Positions 1-9,256 of a DNA stretch of 64,000 nt are shown in pieces. The number at the start of each line of letters is the position of its first letter. The stretch's first letter is position 1. A model generated the notes under the pieces. The model was not told the origin of the DNA. It saw nothing but the letters and a program-made list of their open reading frames with translations, and did no database searches. The stretch comes from SAR324 cluster bacterium (GTDB lineage Bacteria > SAR324 > XYD2-FULL-50-16 > HCM1). The position numbers and the translations under genes are program-made. The stretch covers positions 87,653-151,652 of the forward strand of contig PUHO01000012.1 in NCBI GenBank assembly GCA_002995645.1. The letters are read 5' to 3'.

Positions 1-113
1 GGATCAGAGTGTGTAGTTGCAAAGGAATTAGGCATTGCGTATCTAGGTTTTGAGTTAAACCCGGAATATGTTGAATGTGCTAAAAAATGGTTAGAAATAT
101 GTACAGATTAATA
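1..113 (+). CDS. DNA methyltransferase, C-terminal fragment (gene starts left of the window)
   Basis: Frame 1 reads GSECVVAKELGIAYLGFELNPEYVECAKKWLEICTD*, which matches the conserved C-terminal end of N6-adenine/N4-cytosine DNA methylases (…A..LGR.FIGIE.n..Y…A..R). Confidence 0.55.
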
Positions 114-210
114 GGTGTCATGTTACAAAATCTAGAAAAAACGTGGCAGAATTTCACAAATTATTTCAAGGTGGAAGATGCCAAGCTTGGCAGCTAGAGG
201 AATTGATTAA

Positions 211-597
211 CAGCATAAAATACAAATTAAATCAGGAACGATAAAGAAAAATAATTTAATTCTTTCAGGGCATAGACTAGGGAGATTTAAAGGGAATCTT
301 GCAAACATAACGGATTTTCTTAATGCTAATAGATACACGATAATTTCTGCCCCTTATAATGCAATTGAAAGTACATGTGGAAAAACGCATACATATCAAA
401 TATACTATATTGATAGTAGTATATTAAAAATAGAAGATTTTCATAATTGGAAAGAAGCAGGAAAAACGTATAGTTATACAAATGCAGATAACGTTACGTT
501 TTCCTTAAGACCGTCTATGAGTTGGCAAATATGGTGGACTATAGATCTTTCTAATTTACGAGAAACAGATAAGACACGAGAAATTATTATTAATTAA
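211..597 (+). pseudogene. Start-less 129-codon open frame downstream of the methylase fragment; possible gene remnant (restriction-enzyme partner?)
   Basis: Frame is open from the stop at 208-210 to TAA at 595-597. There is no in-frame ATG/GTG/TTG until a Met near the end. The ORF track misses it because it has no start codon. Function unknown. Confidence 0.3.
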
Positions 598-674
598 ATT
601 GTTGCTATAAGTTAATTATTATATTTTTCAATTTTTTGACCATACAATAAACGATCTGGCATTTCTTTTGTATT

Positions 675-971
675 TTATGATTTTGTAGCGCAGTTGCGAT
701 TACGTCGCTTAGTGCCTCTTTTATTTGTATGTGGGTTTATATTTCCTTTTGTTGAATAATTATCACATGTTGTATGATTAGGTGCGGTTCTACAGTAACT
801 ATGCACGTGCGTTCCATTCTTTCTTGTATAGCCTCTAACGTAAACTTCGCCGGAATTACACTGGCTATTAGATTTTTGTACGTGGGTTTTGGCATACGCA
901 CTATTAGCTAATAAGAAACTAGAAATTGACAAGAAATATATAAGTAATAAAATTTTTTTCATAATAAACAC
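675..971 (-). CDS. Small secreted Cys-rich basic protein (signal peptide; YVRGYTRKNGTHVHSYCR motif)
   Basis: 98-aa ORF with an N-terminal hydrophobic signal (MKKILLLIYFLSISSFLLANSAYA), 5 Cys and a basic C-terminus. Function unknown. Confidence 0.45.
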   Translation of the reverse strand: MFIMKKILLLIYFLSISSFLLANSAYAKTHVQKSNSQCNSGEVYVRGYTRKNGTHVHSYCRTAPNHTTCDNYSTKGNINPHTNKRGTKRRNRNCATKS

Positions 972-1111
972 CTGTTAAAGTTAAATAAATACAGATAAAT
1001 ATTAATTAAATTAGTCTTATGTTAACAAGGAATAGTTAAAGTACAAATCAAGATAAGAACAAGACATTTTGCCGGTTTTATTATATAAGGAGATAATCCC
1101 TAAAATACTGC

Positions 1112-1140
1112 TTGACAAAAAACTAAGCATTTGCTAAAGT
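1112..1140 (+). promoter_or_regulatory. Sigma70-like promoter upstream of tRNA-Met (TTGACA-17-TAAAGT)
   Basis: TTGACA at 1112-1117, a 17-nt spacer, TAAAGT at 1135-1140, then 10 nt to the tRNA 5' end. Confidence 0.4.
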
Positions 1141-1150
1141 ATATAGATAT

Positions 1151-1227
<77 letters not shown>

Positions 1228-1242
1228 ATCTCTTTTGCACAC

Positions 1243-3660
1243 ATGCAAACTACTCAAGAAAACCAAGAAATTTGCTATCATTGCGGTGATAGATGTCGTG
1301 TAAAAGATACGATATTTTCTAACGGCAAAGCGTTTTGCTGTCTTGGTTGTTCTCATGTTTTTGAAATCCTCTCTTCTTGTAATCTTGCCACCTACTACGA
1401 TTTAGTAGAAAAAAACGCGGTCCCCGTAACTAGTGCATTTGATATGCAGATGTGGGAAGGTGTTAAAAATCCAACTGTAGCAAGGGAAGTCCTTAGTTTT
1501 TCAGACGGTACCGTTGCTAACGTTACCTTTCTTCTTCCACAAATACATTGCAGTGCTTGCGTCTGGCTTTTAGAAAATTTGCATTCTATTCATAGTGCTA
1601 TATATAAAACGCAAGTGCATTTTGATAAGCAAGAAGCGTATATTACGTTTAATGAAAAGCAATTGTCTTTATATGAACTAGTTGTTTTACTAGCGAAGTT
1701 GGGGTATCCACCACAAAAAAAGCAGGAACAAAATCAAGAAGATAACAAAGAGCATAAACAACGTTTATATATGCGTATTGGGATTGCCGCTTTTTGTGCA
1801 AGTAATATTATGTTGTTACAACTCCCAATTTACTTTGACATACAGTTTATTCCTCCTGTTCTATTGCGATTTTTTGCTATAGTACGGCTTGCTTTATCTG
1901 TTCTCTTACTATTAGGAAGTTTTCAAGAATACATAGAATCAGCTTGGCAAGGCTTCAAGCAAAAGAAGTTGTCTATTGACGTGCCGATTGTTATTGGTGT
2001 GGCTGCTCTTTTTTTGCAAAGTATATATGAAATCTTAGGTCATGTTGGGGAAGGGTATTTAGATTCTATGGCAGGACTAATTTTTTTACTTCTTATTGGT
2101 CGCTTGTTTCAAGAGAAGACGTACCGTCAATTTTCTTTTTCTAGAGAGTATGAATCGTTTTTCCCGTTAAGTGCATTACTGCAAAAACAAAACGGTTATG
2201 AAAACGTACCTCTTAAAGACGTTGCTGTTAATGATACGCTTTATTTACGTTTTGCTGATATATTAACTTGTGATAGCATTCTTTCTTCTAATAGTGCTTA
2301 TTTTGATTACTCTTTTGTTAGTGGTGAATCAAAAGCAATCCAATATAAAAAAGGGGATTATTTATATGCCGGTGGTAAGCTCCTTGATTCTAATGCGCTT
2401 GTTCAAGTCCGCAAGCCTTTTTCTGCCGGTTATTTAATTAATTTATGGCGTAATTATAAAGAAAAAGAATCAACTCAAACAAAACAATTTAGCCGTCTAG
2501 AAAGTTATATGAGTGCTATTTTTACGCCGCTTGTATTAATGTTAGCAAGTATAAACGGCGTTTATTGGCTTTGTCATGATCCGTCTAAAGCGTTATTTGC
2601 GTTTACTTCTATTTTAATTATAGCTTGTCCTTGTGCTTTTGCTTTATCTGTTCCTTTTACGACAGGAACGATTATGCGTATTTTAGCAAAGAATGATTTT
2701 TTTATTAAAAAAGCGGCGGTTTTAGAAAAATTAGCACAAGTAAATCATATTGTATGGGATAAAACCGGGACCTTAACCTATTTGAAAGCGTCGTATATTC
2801 CATTAACAAGAGAGCTAACTAGCCAAGAAAAAAGCATGATTAAATCAATGGCGTTATATTCTAATCATCCGGTATGTATTGCACTACGTTCACTGTGGGA
2901 AGATTCAAGCGCGCTTTTAGATCATATGGAAGAGGTAACAGGTAAAGGCGTAATTGGGTATTTAGGAAAAACGCAAATACAGCTAGGCGAAGCCAGTTGG
3001 GCGTCTCAATTTGTGAAAGTAAAACAAAAAGAAAACACACTAAATACACGAGCTATACTTGTTATAAACGAAGAACAAATTGGCAGTTTTATTTTAGAAG
3101 AAACATGGCGAGAACAAATAGACTCTACCTTGGAATCGCTTAAAGAAAAATACAGTATGTCTTTGCTTTCAGGTGATAAAAAGAGAGAAGAAATAACCAA
3201 GGTATTAGCACCTATTTTCCAAGAAGAAGCTACTTTATTTTCTCAAACGCCGGAAGACAAGCAAAAATATATTACTAAGCTAAATAAAACAAAGCAAACG
3301 CTTATGATTGGCGACGGCTTAAACGATACGTTTTCTTTACAATCAAGTTACGTTAGTATTGCCGTTTCTGATTCGCAAACACACTTTACGCCAACTAGTG
3401 ATATTATTGTACAATCACAGAATCTAAAAAAATTAAAATACGCTTTACAATTAGCAAAAGATAGCATTAAAATAATAAAAACTAGTTTTGTTTATGCTTT
3501 AATCTATAATGGAATAGGCATGTATTTGGCTTTTCAAGGTTGGGTTACGCCTTTAGCTGCCGCCTTGTTTATGCCTATAAGTTCTATTAGCATAGTGTTA
3601 TTTACTACAGGTAGTAGCTACCTATGTTCTTTTTTTTATAGAAAAAAATATAAATGCTAA
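1243..3660 (+). CDS. ccoI: Copper-translocating P-type ATPase of the cbb3 assembly type (CcoI/FixI)
   Basis: N-terminal Cys-rich metal-binding region. CPC motif (CPCAFALSVPF), DKTGTLT phosphorylation motif and GDGLND hinge. Sits in the cco cluster. Confidence 0.85.
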   Translation: MQTTQENQEICYHCGDRCRVKDTIFSNGKAFCCLGCSHVFEILSSCNLATYYDLVEKNAVPVTSAFDMQMWEGVKNPTVAREVLSFSDGTVANVTFLLPQIHCSACVWLLENLHSIHSAIYKTQVHFDKQEAYITFNEKQLSLYELVVLLAKLGYPPQKKQEQNQEDNKEHKQRLYMRIGIAAFCASNIMLLQLPIYFDIQFIPPVLLRFFAIVRLALSVLLLLGSFQEYIESAWQGFKQKKLSIDVPIVIGVAALFLQSIYEILGHVGEGYLDSMAGLIFLLLIGRLFQEKTYRQFSFSREYESFFPLSALLQKQNGYENVPLKDVAVNDTLYLRFADILTCDSILSSNSAYFDYSFVSGESKAIQYKKGDYLYAGGKLLDSNALVQVRKPFSAGYLINLWRNYKEKESTQTKQFSRLESYMSAIFTPLVLMLASINGVYWLCHDPSKALFAFTSILIIACPCAFALSVPFTTGTIMRILAKNDFFIKKAAVLEKLAQVNHIVWDKTGTLTYLKASYIPLTRELTSQEKSMIKSMALYSNHPVCIALRSLWEDSSALLDHMEEVTGKGVIGYLGKTQIQLGEASWASQFVKVKQKENTLNTRAILVINEEQIGSFILEETWREQIDSTLESLKEKYSMSLLSGDKKREEITKVLAPIFQEEATLFSQTPEDKQKYITKLNKTKQTLMIGDGLNDTFSLQSSYVSIAVSDSQTHFTPTSDIIVQSQNLKKLKYALQLAKDSIKIIKTSFVYALIYNGIGMYLAFQGWVTPLAAALFMPISSISIVLFTTGSSYLCSFFYRKKYKC

Positions 3661-3665
3661 TTATT

Positions 3666-3821
3666 ATGTTATTAGTTTGTGCAAGTGTGGTGCTTGCACT
3701 TTGTTTTTTATTTGCTTTTTTATGGTGCGTTCGTTCCGGACAGTTGGACGATATGCATACGCCTGCTATGCGTATTTTTTCAGATGGCACCATAGAAAAA
3801 AATACAAAGAATTCTCCTTAA
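3666..3821 (+). CDS. ccoS: cbb3 oxidase maturation protein CcoS/FixS (51 aa)
   Basis: The frame MLLVCASVVLALCFLFAFLWCVRSGQLDDMHTPAMRIFSDGTIEKNTKNSP carries the CcoS signature (W..RSGQ.DD…P..RI). The ORF-track call 3677..3865 is in another frame and shows no similarity. Confidence 0.7.
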   Translation: MLLVCASVVLALCFLFAFLWCVRSGQLDDMHTPAMRIFSDGTIEKNTKNSP

Positions 3822-3848
3822 TCGGAATTATATTTTACGGTCAACTTA

Positions 3849-5987
3849 ATGAATACACAAAATGAGTATATAGAAACGTTTGCGTACGATAATCGTATTG
3901 TTCGAAACTTTATGCTGGCAACTATTGTTTTTGCCATCGTCGGCATGTTAGCCGGACTTGTTATTGCTTTCCAGCTAGCTTACCCTCAATTAAATTTTGG
4001 TATCCCTTTTACTTCGTTCGGTCGTTTACGACCTGTCCACACAAATGCAATTATTTTTGCTTTTGTTGGGAACGGTATCTTTATGTCAATTTACTATTCT
4101 TTACCACGTTTATGTAAAACACCTATGTTTTCTCGACGTTTAGGAAGTATTCACTTTTGGGGATGGCAACTAATTATTTTACTTGCTGCCGTTACCTTGT
4201 TACTAGGATATACAACGGGAAAAGAATATGCTGAACTAGAATGGCCAATTGATATTTTAATTACGTTAGTTTGGGTTGTTTTTGGTCTTAATATGATCTT
4301 AACGATCATAAAAAGAAGAGAAAAGCACATGTACGTTGCTATTTGGTTCTATTTAGCTAGCTTTTTTGCCGTTGCTATTTTGCATATAGTGGAAAGTATA
4401 GAAATACCTGTTTCTTTAATGAAAAGTTATCCTGTATATGCCGGGGTGCAAGATGCGCTTGTGCAATGGTGGTACGGACATAATGCGGTTGCCTTTTTTC
4501 TTACAACGCCTTATCTTGGCGCTATGTATTATTTCTTGCCTAAAGCGGCGCAAAGACCGGTTTATTCTTATAGACTATCTATTATTCATTTTTGGGCTTT
4601 AATTTTCATTTATATTTGGGCTGGTCCGCATCATTTACTTAATACGGCGCTTCCTGATTGGTTACAATCGCTTGGCGTTGTTTTCTCTCTTATGCTTATA
4701 GCTCCTTCTTGGGGCGGTATGTTAAACGGTTTATTAACATTACGCGGCGCTTGGGACAAAGTACGAACCGATCCGGTTTTGAAATTCATGGTTGTTGCTG
4801 TTACCGCTTACGGTATGGCGACTTTTGAAGGTCCTATGATGTCAATTAAAAGTGTTAATGCTCTTTCTCATTACACTGATTGGACAATTGGACACGTTCA
4901 CATTGGCGGTATGGGTTGGAATGGCTTTTTAACTTTTGGTATACTTTACTGGCTTGCGCCTCGTTTATATCAAACTAAGCTATATTCTAAAAAATTAGCT
5001 AATATTCACTTTTGGACGGCTACGCTAGGCATTCTTGTATATGCTATTTCTATGTATAGTTCCGGTGTGATTCAAGGTTTAATGTGGAAAGCATTTAATG
5101 TAGACGGTACGTTAACTTATCCTAATTTTCTTGAAACAGTACAACAAATTCACCCTCTATTAGTTTTTAGAGCTGTTGGCGGAAGTTTATATCTATTAGG
5201 AAGCTTAATCGGTATATATAACTTATTTGCTACTATGAAAGTAGGAAAACTTGCTATTGTAACAGAAGCAAGCGCTCCTTCTCAATCTACGTGGAAAAAA
5301 CAAGCAACAGAGCAAGGTCACAGATTATTAGAAGGTCGTATTGGCGTGTTTAGCGTTTTAATTGTTGTTGCTTTAGTTATTGGCGGTGCTGTGGAAATTA
5401 TTCCTATGTTTAGCGTAGCTTCTAATACGCCAACGATTGCTGCTGTTAAACCTTATACGCCTCTAGAGCTAGAAGGTCGCGATATATATATTCGTGAAGG
5501 TTGCAGTGTTTGTCATTCTCAAATGATTCGCCCTTTTAGATCAGAAACAGAAAGATACGGCGAATATTCAAAACCGGGAGAATTTGTATACGATCATCCT
5601 TTTGTATTTGGATCTAAACGTATTGGTCCGGATTTACAACGTATTGGTGGAAAATATCCGGACGGCTGGCATTACCAACATTTAGTAGCGCCTAATAGTA
5701 CGTCGCCGGGATCTATTATGCCTCCTTACCCTTGGTTAGCATCGCATAAACTTGATAGTTCTTTAATTAAAGATAAACTCAAAATTATGCGAAACTTTGG
5801 CATTCCATATACAAATACGGATATAGATCAAGCTCCGCAAACATTACGCGAACAAGCGCAAGTGATTGCTGATTCTTTGCAAAAGGCGTCTATTACAAAC
5901 GCACAACCGGATACGGAAATAGTAGCGCTTATTGCCTACTTGCAAAGACTAGGAAAGGATATTAAAAATCAAAAACAAACAAGGTAA
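3849..5987 (+). CDS. ccoNO: cbb3-type cytochrome c oxidase, fused subunits I+II (CcoN-CcoO)
   Basis: Haem-copper oxidase core (HVHIGGMGWNGF…YWLAPR) followed in the same ORF by a monohaem CcoO domain (CSVCHSQMIRPF). 712 aa. Confidence 0.9.
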   Translation: MNTQNEYIETFAYDNRIVRNFMLATIVFAIVGMLAGLVIAFQLAYPQLNFGIPFTSFGRLRPVHTNAIIFAFVGNGIFMSIYYSLPRLCKTPMFSRRLGSIHFWGWQLIILLAAVTLLLGYTTGKEYAELEWPIDILITLVWVVFGLNMILTIIKRREKHMYVAIWFYLASFFAVAILHIVESIEIPVSLMKSYPVYAGVQDALVQWWYGHNAVAFFLTTPYLGAMYYFLPKAAQRPVYSYRLSIIHFWALIFIYIWAGPHHLLNTALPDWLQSLGVVFSLMLIAPSWGGMLNGLLTLRGAWDKVRTDPVLKFMVVAVTAYGMATFEGPMMSIKSVNALSHYTDWTIGHVHIGGMGWNGFLTFGILYWLAPRLYQTKLYSKKLANIHFWTATLGILVYAISMYSSGVIQGLMWKAFNVDGTLTYPNFLETVQQIHPLLVFRAVGGSLYLLGSLIGIYNLFATMKVGKLAIVTEASAPSQSTWKKQATEQGHRLLEGRIGVFSVLIVVALVIGGAVEIIPMFSVASNTPTIAAVKPYTPLELEGRDIYIREGCSVCHSQMIRPFRSETERYGEYSKPGEFVYDHPFVFGSKRIGPDLQRIGGKYPDGWHYQHLVAPNSTSPGSIMPPYPWLASHKLDSSLIKDKLKIMRNFGIPYTNTDIDQAPQTLREQAQVIADSLQKASITNAQPDTEIVALIAYLQRLGKDIKNQKQTR

Positions 5988-6026
5988 AAGTCTATTTAAT
6001 CTAATTGCCAATTTACAAAGGAATAT

Positions 6027-6608
6027 ATGAGTCAAGATACAGATAAATTATTACCACATGAATACGACGGGATTCAAGAATATGACAACAAGCTTCCAAA
6101 ATGGTGGCTGTTATTATTTTATCTTACTATTGTTATAGCGATTGTTTACCTTGCTTATTTTGAAGTTTTGAAAGTAGGTTTAAACAGCCAAGAAGCTTAT
6201 AATGTAGAAATGAAGCAAGCACAAACGCAAATAGCAAAGTATAAAGACAGTAAACACGTAACGACGTTAGCCAGCAAAAGCGAGCAAACAGACGTGCCGG
6301 TAGATAAAGAAGCAGCAGCGGCAAGAGGGGCAAAAACATTTCACTCTAATTGTTTTACATGCCATGCGGCTGATGGCGGCGGCGGTATTGGTCCTAATTT
6401 AACAGACAAATATTGGATTCATGGTGACGGTTCGTTTACCGCTATTCGAGATATTGTAGTTAAAGGTGTCATTGAAAAAGGAATGCCGCCTAAAGGTGGA
6501 CTTTCTTTAAGTGAAGCACAAGTAGACGATCTTATATATTTTGTAAAATCACTACAAAACACAACGCCAAAACAGCCTAAAGCTGCAGAAGGCAATATAG
6601 TAGAATAA
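6027..6608 (+). CDS. ccoP: cbb3 oxidase subunit CcoP-like, monohaem (N-terminal CcoP domain, TM helix and one CxxCH)
   Basis: N-terminal signature DGIQEYDNKLPKWW and a TM helix. Single haem site CFTCHAADGGGGIGPNLTDKYW. Confidence 0.7.
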   Translation: MSQDTDKLLPHEYDGIQEYDNKLPKWWLLLFYLTIVIAIVYLAYFEVLKVGLNSQEAYNVEMKQAQTQIAKYKDSKHVTTLASKSEQTDVPVDKEAAAARGAKTFHSNCFTCHAADGGGGIGPNLTDKYWIHGDGSFTAIRDIVVKGVIEKGMPPKGGLSLSEAQVDDLIYFVKSLQNTTPKQPKAAEGNIVE

Positions 6609-6612
6609 CGCA

Positions 6613-6798
6613 ATGTATACAGAAATACTATCTTCTATTCATAACATTACTATATACCCGATGATAGGGATATTTATATTTTTTATATTTTTTATATTCG
6701 TTGTTATTTGGGCGTATTTTAATCTCAGTAAAGACGAGGCGCAAAGAATCGCCTTGGCAGTCTGTGAAGAGGAACAGGAAGGCAAACGAGACGTATAA
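6613..6798 (+). CDS. ccoQ: Small membrane subunit CcoQ-like (cbb3 subunit IV)
   Basis: 61 aa with a single TM helix beginning IYPMIGIFIFF and an acidic tail. The position and the IYP.I motif are typical of CcoQ/FixQ. Confidence 0.5.
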   Translation: MYTEILSSIHNITIYPMIGIFIFFIFFIFVVIWAYFNLSKDEAQRIALAVCEEEQEGKRDV

Positions 6799-6871
6799 AC
6801 GAATCTTTGTTTTACTAACTTAACTTATATTGATCAGTAACGTTCAATAAATTTCAATAAAAAGGAAGCAA

Positions 6872-7324
6872 ATGATAATACAATCTAATCAAAAAAAAGC
6901 AATCATGGTTGCTATCGTTGCTAGTGTATTTATACTAGCTTTTGCCAACATGGGGATAGCTAAATCTAAGTTGACAAAAGGGACGTCTAAATCGGTTCCT
7001 AGTAAGACCGTAGCGAAAGCAACGCCAAAGTCTATTGCTAACGGTAAAAAAGTATATGGTAAAATTTGTATGACTTGCCATGCCATTGACGGTGGTGGAA
7101 CTATTGGTCCTAATTTAACAGATAAATATTGGATTCATGGTAATGGAGATTTCAATTCTATTATGAACGTTATATTACACGGGGTCCCGGCTAAAGGCAT
7201 GCTTCCTAAAGGTGGCTTACCTTTGAAACAACAAGATATTGTTGACCTTACACACTACGTACAGTCTTTACAAGGAACAAAGCCGGCAAAACCTAAAGCC
7301 GCAGAAGGTAAATTAATTAAATAA
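6872..7324 (+). CDS. Monohaem c-type cytochrome, paralogous to the haem domain of CcoP
   Basis: Signal/TM N-terminus. CMTCHAIDGGGTIGPNLTDKYWIHGNGDF is almost the same block as in the 6027..6608 product. Confidence 0.7.
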   Translation: MIIQSNQKKAIMVAIVASVFILAFANMGIAKSKLTKGTSKSVPSKTVAKATPKSIANGKKVYGKICMTCHAIDGGGTIGPNLTDKYWIHGNGDFNSIMNVILHGVPAKGMLPKGGLPLKQQDIVDLTHYVQSLQGTKPAKPKAAEGKLIK

Positions 7325-7396
7325 ATTTCCTTATTTGAGAAGTAACGAAGAAATGGCATAGACACGCTACTTCTTTGTTACTTCTTCTTTTATTTT

Positions 7397-8794
7397 GTGA
7401 CTATGACGACTAGTTTTAGAGATTCGTTAACTACAATGGATCAAACAGGTAAACGTGTTTGGCTTTACCCTAAAGCCGTGCGCGGTGCTATGATGCGAAA
7501 AAGAAAAGTTGTTGCTTTTCTTGCTCTTGCCTTTTTTGTTCTTGCGCCGTTTATTCGTATTCAAGGGCACCCTTTTTTCTTATTCCTTTTAGCTAAGCAA
7601 AGATTTTATATTTTTGGCAAAGTCTTTTGGCCGCACGATTTTTATATTCTCAGTATTTTACTGTTTTTTTGTATTGTTCTTGTTTTTGTGTTGACCGTTG
7701 CTTTTGGTCGTTTGTTTTGTGGTTGGATTTGTCCGCAAACTATTTTTTTAGAACATATCTTTCGCCCTATAGAACGCCTGATTGAAGGCACGCCAGCCCA
7801 GCAAAAGAAACTTAACGCTATGCCGTTTGGGTTTTATAAAGCAACAAAAAAAACGATTAAGTATATAGTATTTTTTCTTATTAGTTATGGTCTTGCTTTT
7901 TTATTATTACGCTTCTTTAATACGTGGGACACGCTTGTTGATGCCTTTTATAATTATACTGCGCATTTTGTCCTTTTAGGTTTTAATTTTGCTATTGCTC
8001 TTGTTTTATTTATTTTGTTTGTTCGCTTACGGGAGCAAGTTTGTACTTTAATTTGTCCTTATGGACGGATACAAGACGTATTGCTAGATGATAAATCATT
8101 GATTGTAAATTATGATTTTGTTCGTGGCGAACCACGAGGAAGGAAAAGCAAAAACGAAGAAGCAAAAGGAGATTGTGTTGATTGCCTTTCTTGCGTGCAA
8201 GTTTGCCCTACTGGTATAGATATTCGTAACGGAACGCAACTAGAGTGTATTAACTGCACTGCTTGCATTGATGCTTGTAATAAAATAATGTCTCGTTACG
8301 GTAAAGAGCCCGGTTTAATTCGACATGCCTCTAAAGAAGCGATTATTAACAAGACAAAAAGTTCTTTTATTACTGTTCGTAGCGTTGCTTATTTTACGGT
8401 AACTAGTCTTGTTTTAGTTGCTTTACTGTTCTTGTTACGTCAACAACCGGTGATTTCTTCTAGTATTGTGCGGACAAAAGGCAGTTTAGTATATGCACAG
8501 AAAAATGGAAATTATCGTAATATATATCAATACCATGTAATTAATAAAGCTAACCGTGTTATGTCCCTTACTTGGAAAGTGGAAAATATAAACGGGGCTA
8601 CAGTGAAGCTAATCGGAAAAGAAAATATATTGGCAAAAGCAGAAGGCTTAACAGACGGTATTTTATTTATCGAATTACCAAAAGAAGTAATACGTAAAAA
8701 ACAAGGCAATAATCATTATATTTCTGTATTAATCGGGATATATGAGCACAATACGAAATTGCAAACTTTAAAGACAACCTTTTTAGCACCTTAA
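7397..8794 (+). CDS. ccoG: cbb3 oxidase accessory 4Fe-4S ferredoxin CcoG/FixG
   Basis: Membrane N-terminus. Two ferredoxin-type cysteine clusters (CVDCLSCVQVCP and CINCTACIDAC). Sits in the cco cluster. Confidence 0.85.
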   Translation: MTMTTSFRDSLTTMDQTGKRVWLYPKAVRGAMMRKRKVVAFLALAFFVLAPFIRIQGHPFFLFLLAKQRFYIFGKVFWPHDFYILSILLFFCIVLVFVLTVAFGRLFCGWICPQTIFLEHIFRPIERLIEGTPAQQKKLNAMPFGFYKATKKTIKYIVFFLISYGLAFLLLRFFNTWDTLVDAFYNYTAHFVLLGFNFAIALVLFILFVRLREQVCTLICPYGRIQDVLLDDKSLIVNYDFVRGEPRGRKSKNEEAKGDCVDCLSCVQVCPTGIDIRNGTQLECINCTACIDACNKIMSRYGKEPGLIRHASKEAIINKTKSSFITVRSVAYFTVTSLVLVALLFLLRQQPVISSSIVRTKGSLVYAQKNGNYRNIYQYHVINKANRVMSLTWKVENINGATVKLIGKENILAKAEGLTDGILFIELPKEVIRKKQGNNHYISVLIGIYEHNTKLQTLKTTFLAP

Positions 8795-8797
8795 GTT

Positions 8798-9256
8798 ATG
8801 AATATAAAACAAGAAAAAAAATCTATACCTGTATGGGCATGGGGGATCGGTTTATTTTATACCTCGTTTGTTCTTGTTTTTGCAGGATTTGCTATATATA
8901 GTACTCATCTTGGATTTCAATTTGTTACGCCTGATTATTATAAAGATAGCGTGAACTATCAAAAGCATATTATGGCAAGACAGCGAGCGCAGAGCTTAGC
9001 AGAAAAACCGACTCTAATATATAATGCAAAAGAACAGAATATAACGTTAGAGATACCGGTTACTTTTACAAGTGGCAAATTGTTTTTTTATAGACCAAAC
9101 GATCACAAGCAAGATAGGAGTCAAGTACTTTCAAATCAAGCGACGCAAGTCTTTTCTGTACAAGACTATAGTAAAGGCAAGTGGAAAATGCAACTAACAT
9201 GGCAAACAAACGGGAAGTCGTATTACCAAGAAAAAGAATTGTATATTACAAACTAA
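8798..9256 (+). CDS. ccoH: FixH/CcoH family protein
   Basis: 152 aa with an N-terminal TM helix, immediately after ccoG. Size and architecture fit FixH. Confidence 0.55.
   Translation: MNIKQEKKSIPVWAWGIGLFYTSFVLVFAGFAIYSTHLGFQFVTPDYYKDSVNYQKHIMARQRAQSLAEKPTLIYNAKEQNITLEIPVTFTSGKLFFYRPNDHKQDRSQVLSNQATQVFSVQDYSKGKWKMQLTWQTNGKSYYQEKELYITN

Noticed and set aside
2861-3200. Small antisense or overlapping ORFs inside large genes. Examples: 2861..3049, 3006..3200, 6133..6339, 9969..10157, 12102..12299, 19751..20113, 29152..29574, 33108..33758, 37306..37584, 39178..39640, 41892..42668, 52692..53652.
   Set aside because: They are embedded in well-supported genes on the opposite strand or in another frame. 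Their composition is low-complexity and typical of AT-rich antisense frames, and no motifs are recognisable.
3677-3865. 62-aa ORF from the six-frame track between ccoI and ccoNO
   Set aside because: It is low-complexity and has no similarity. A different frame over the same DNA encodes a clean CcoS protein (3666..3821).
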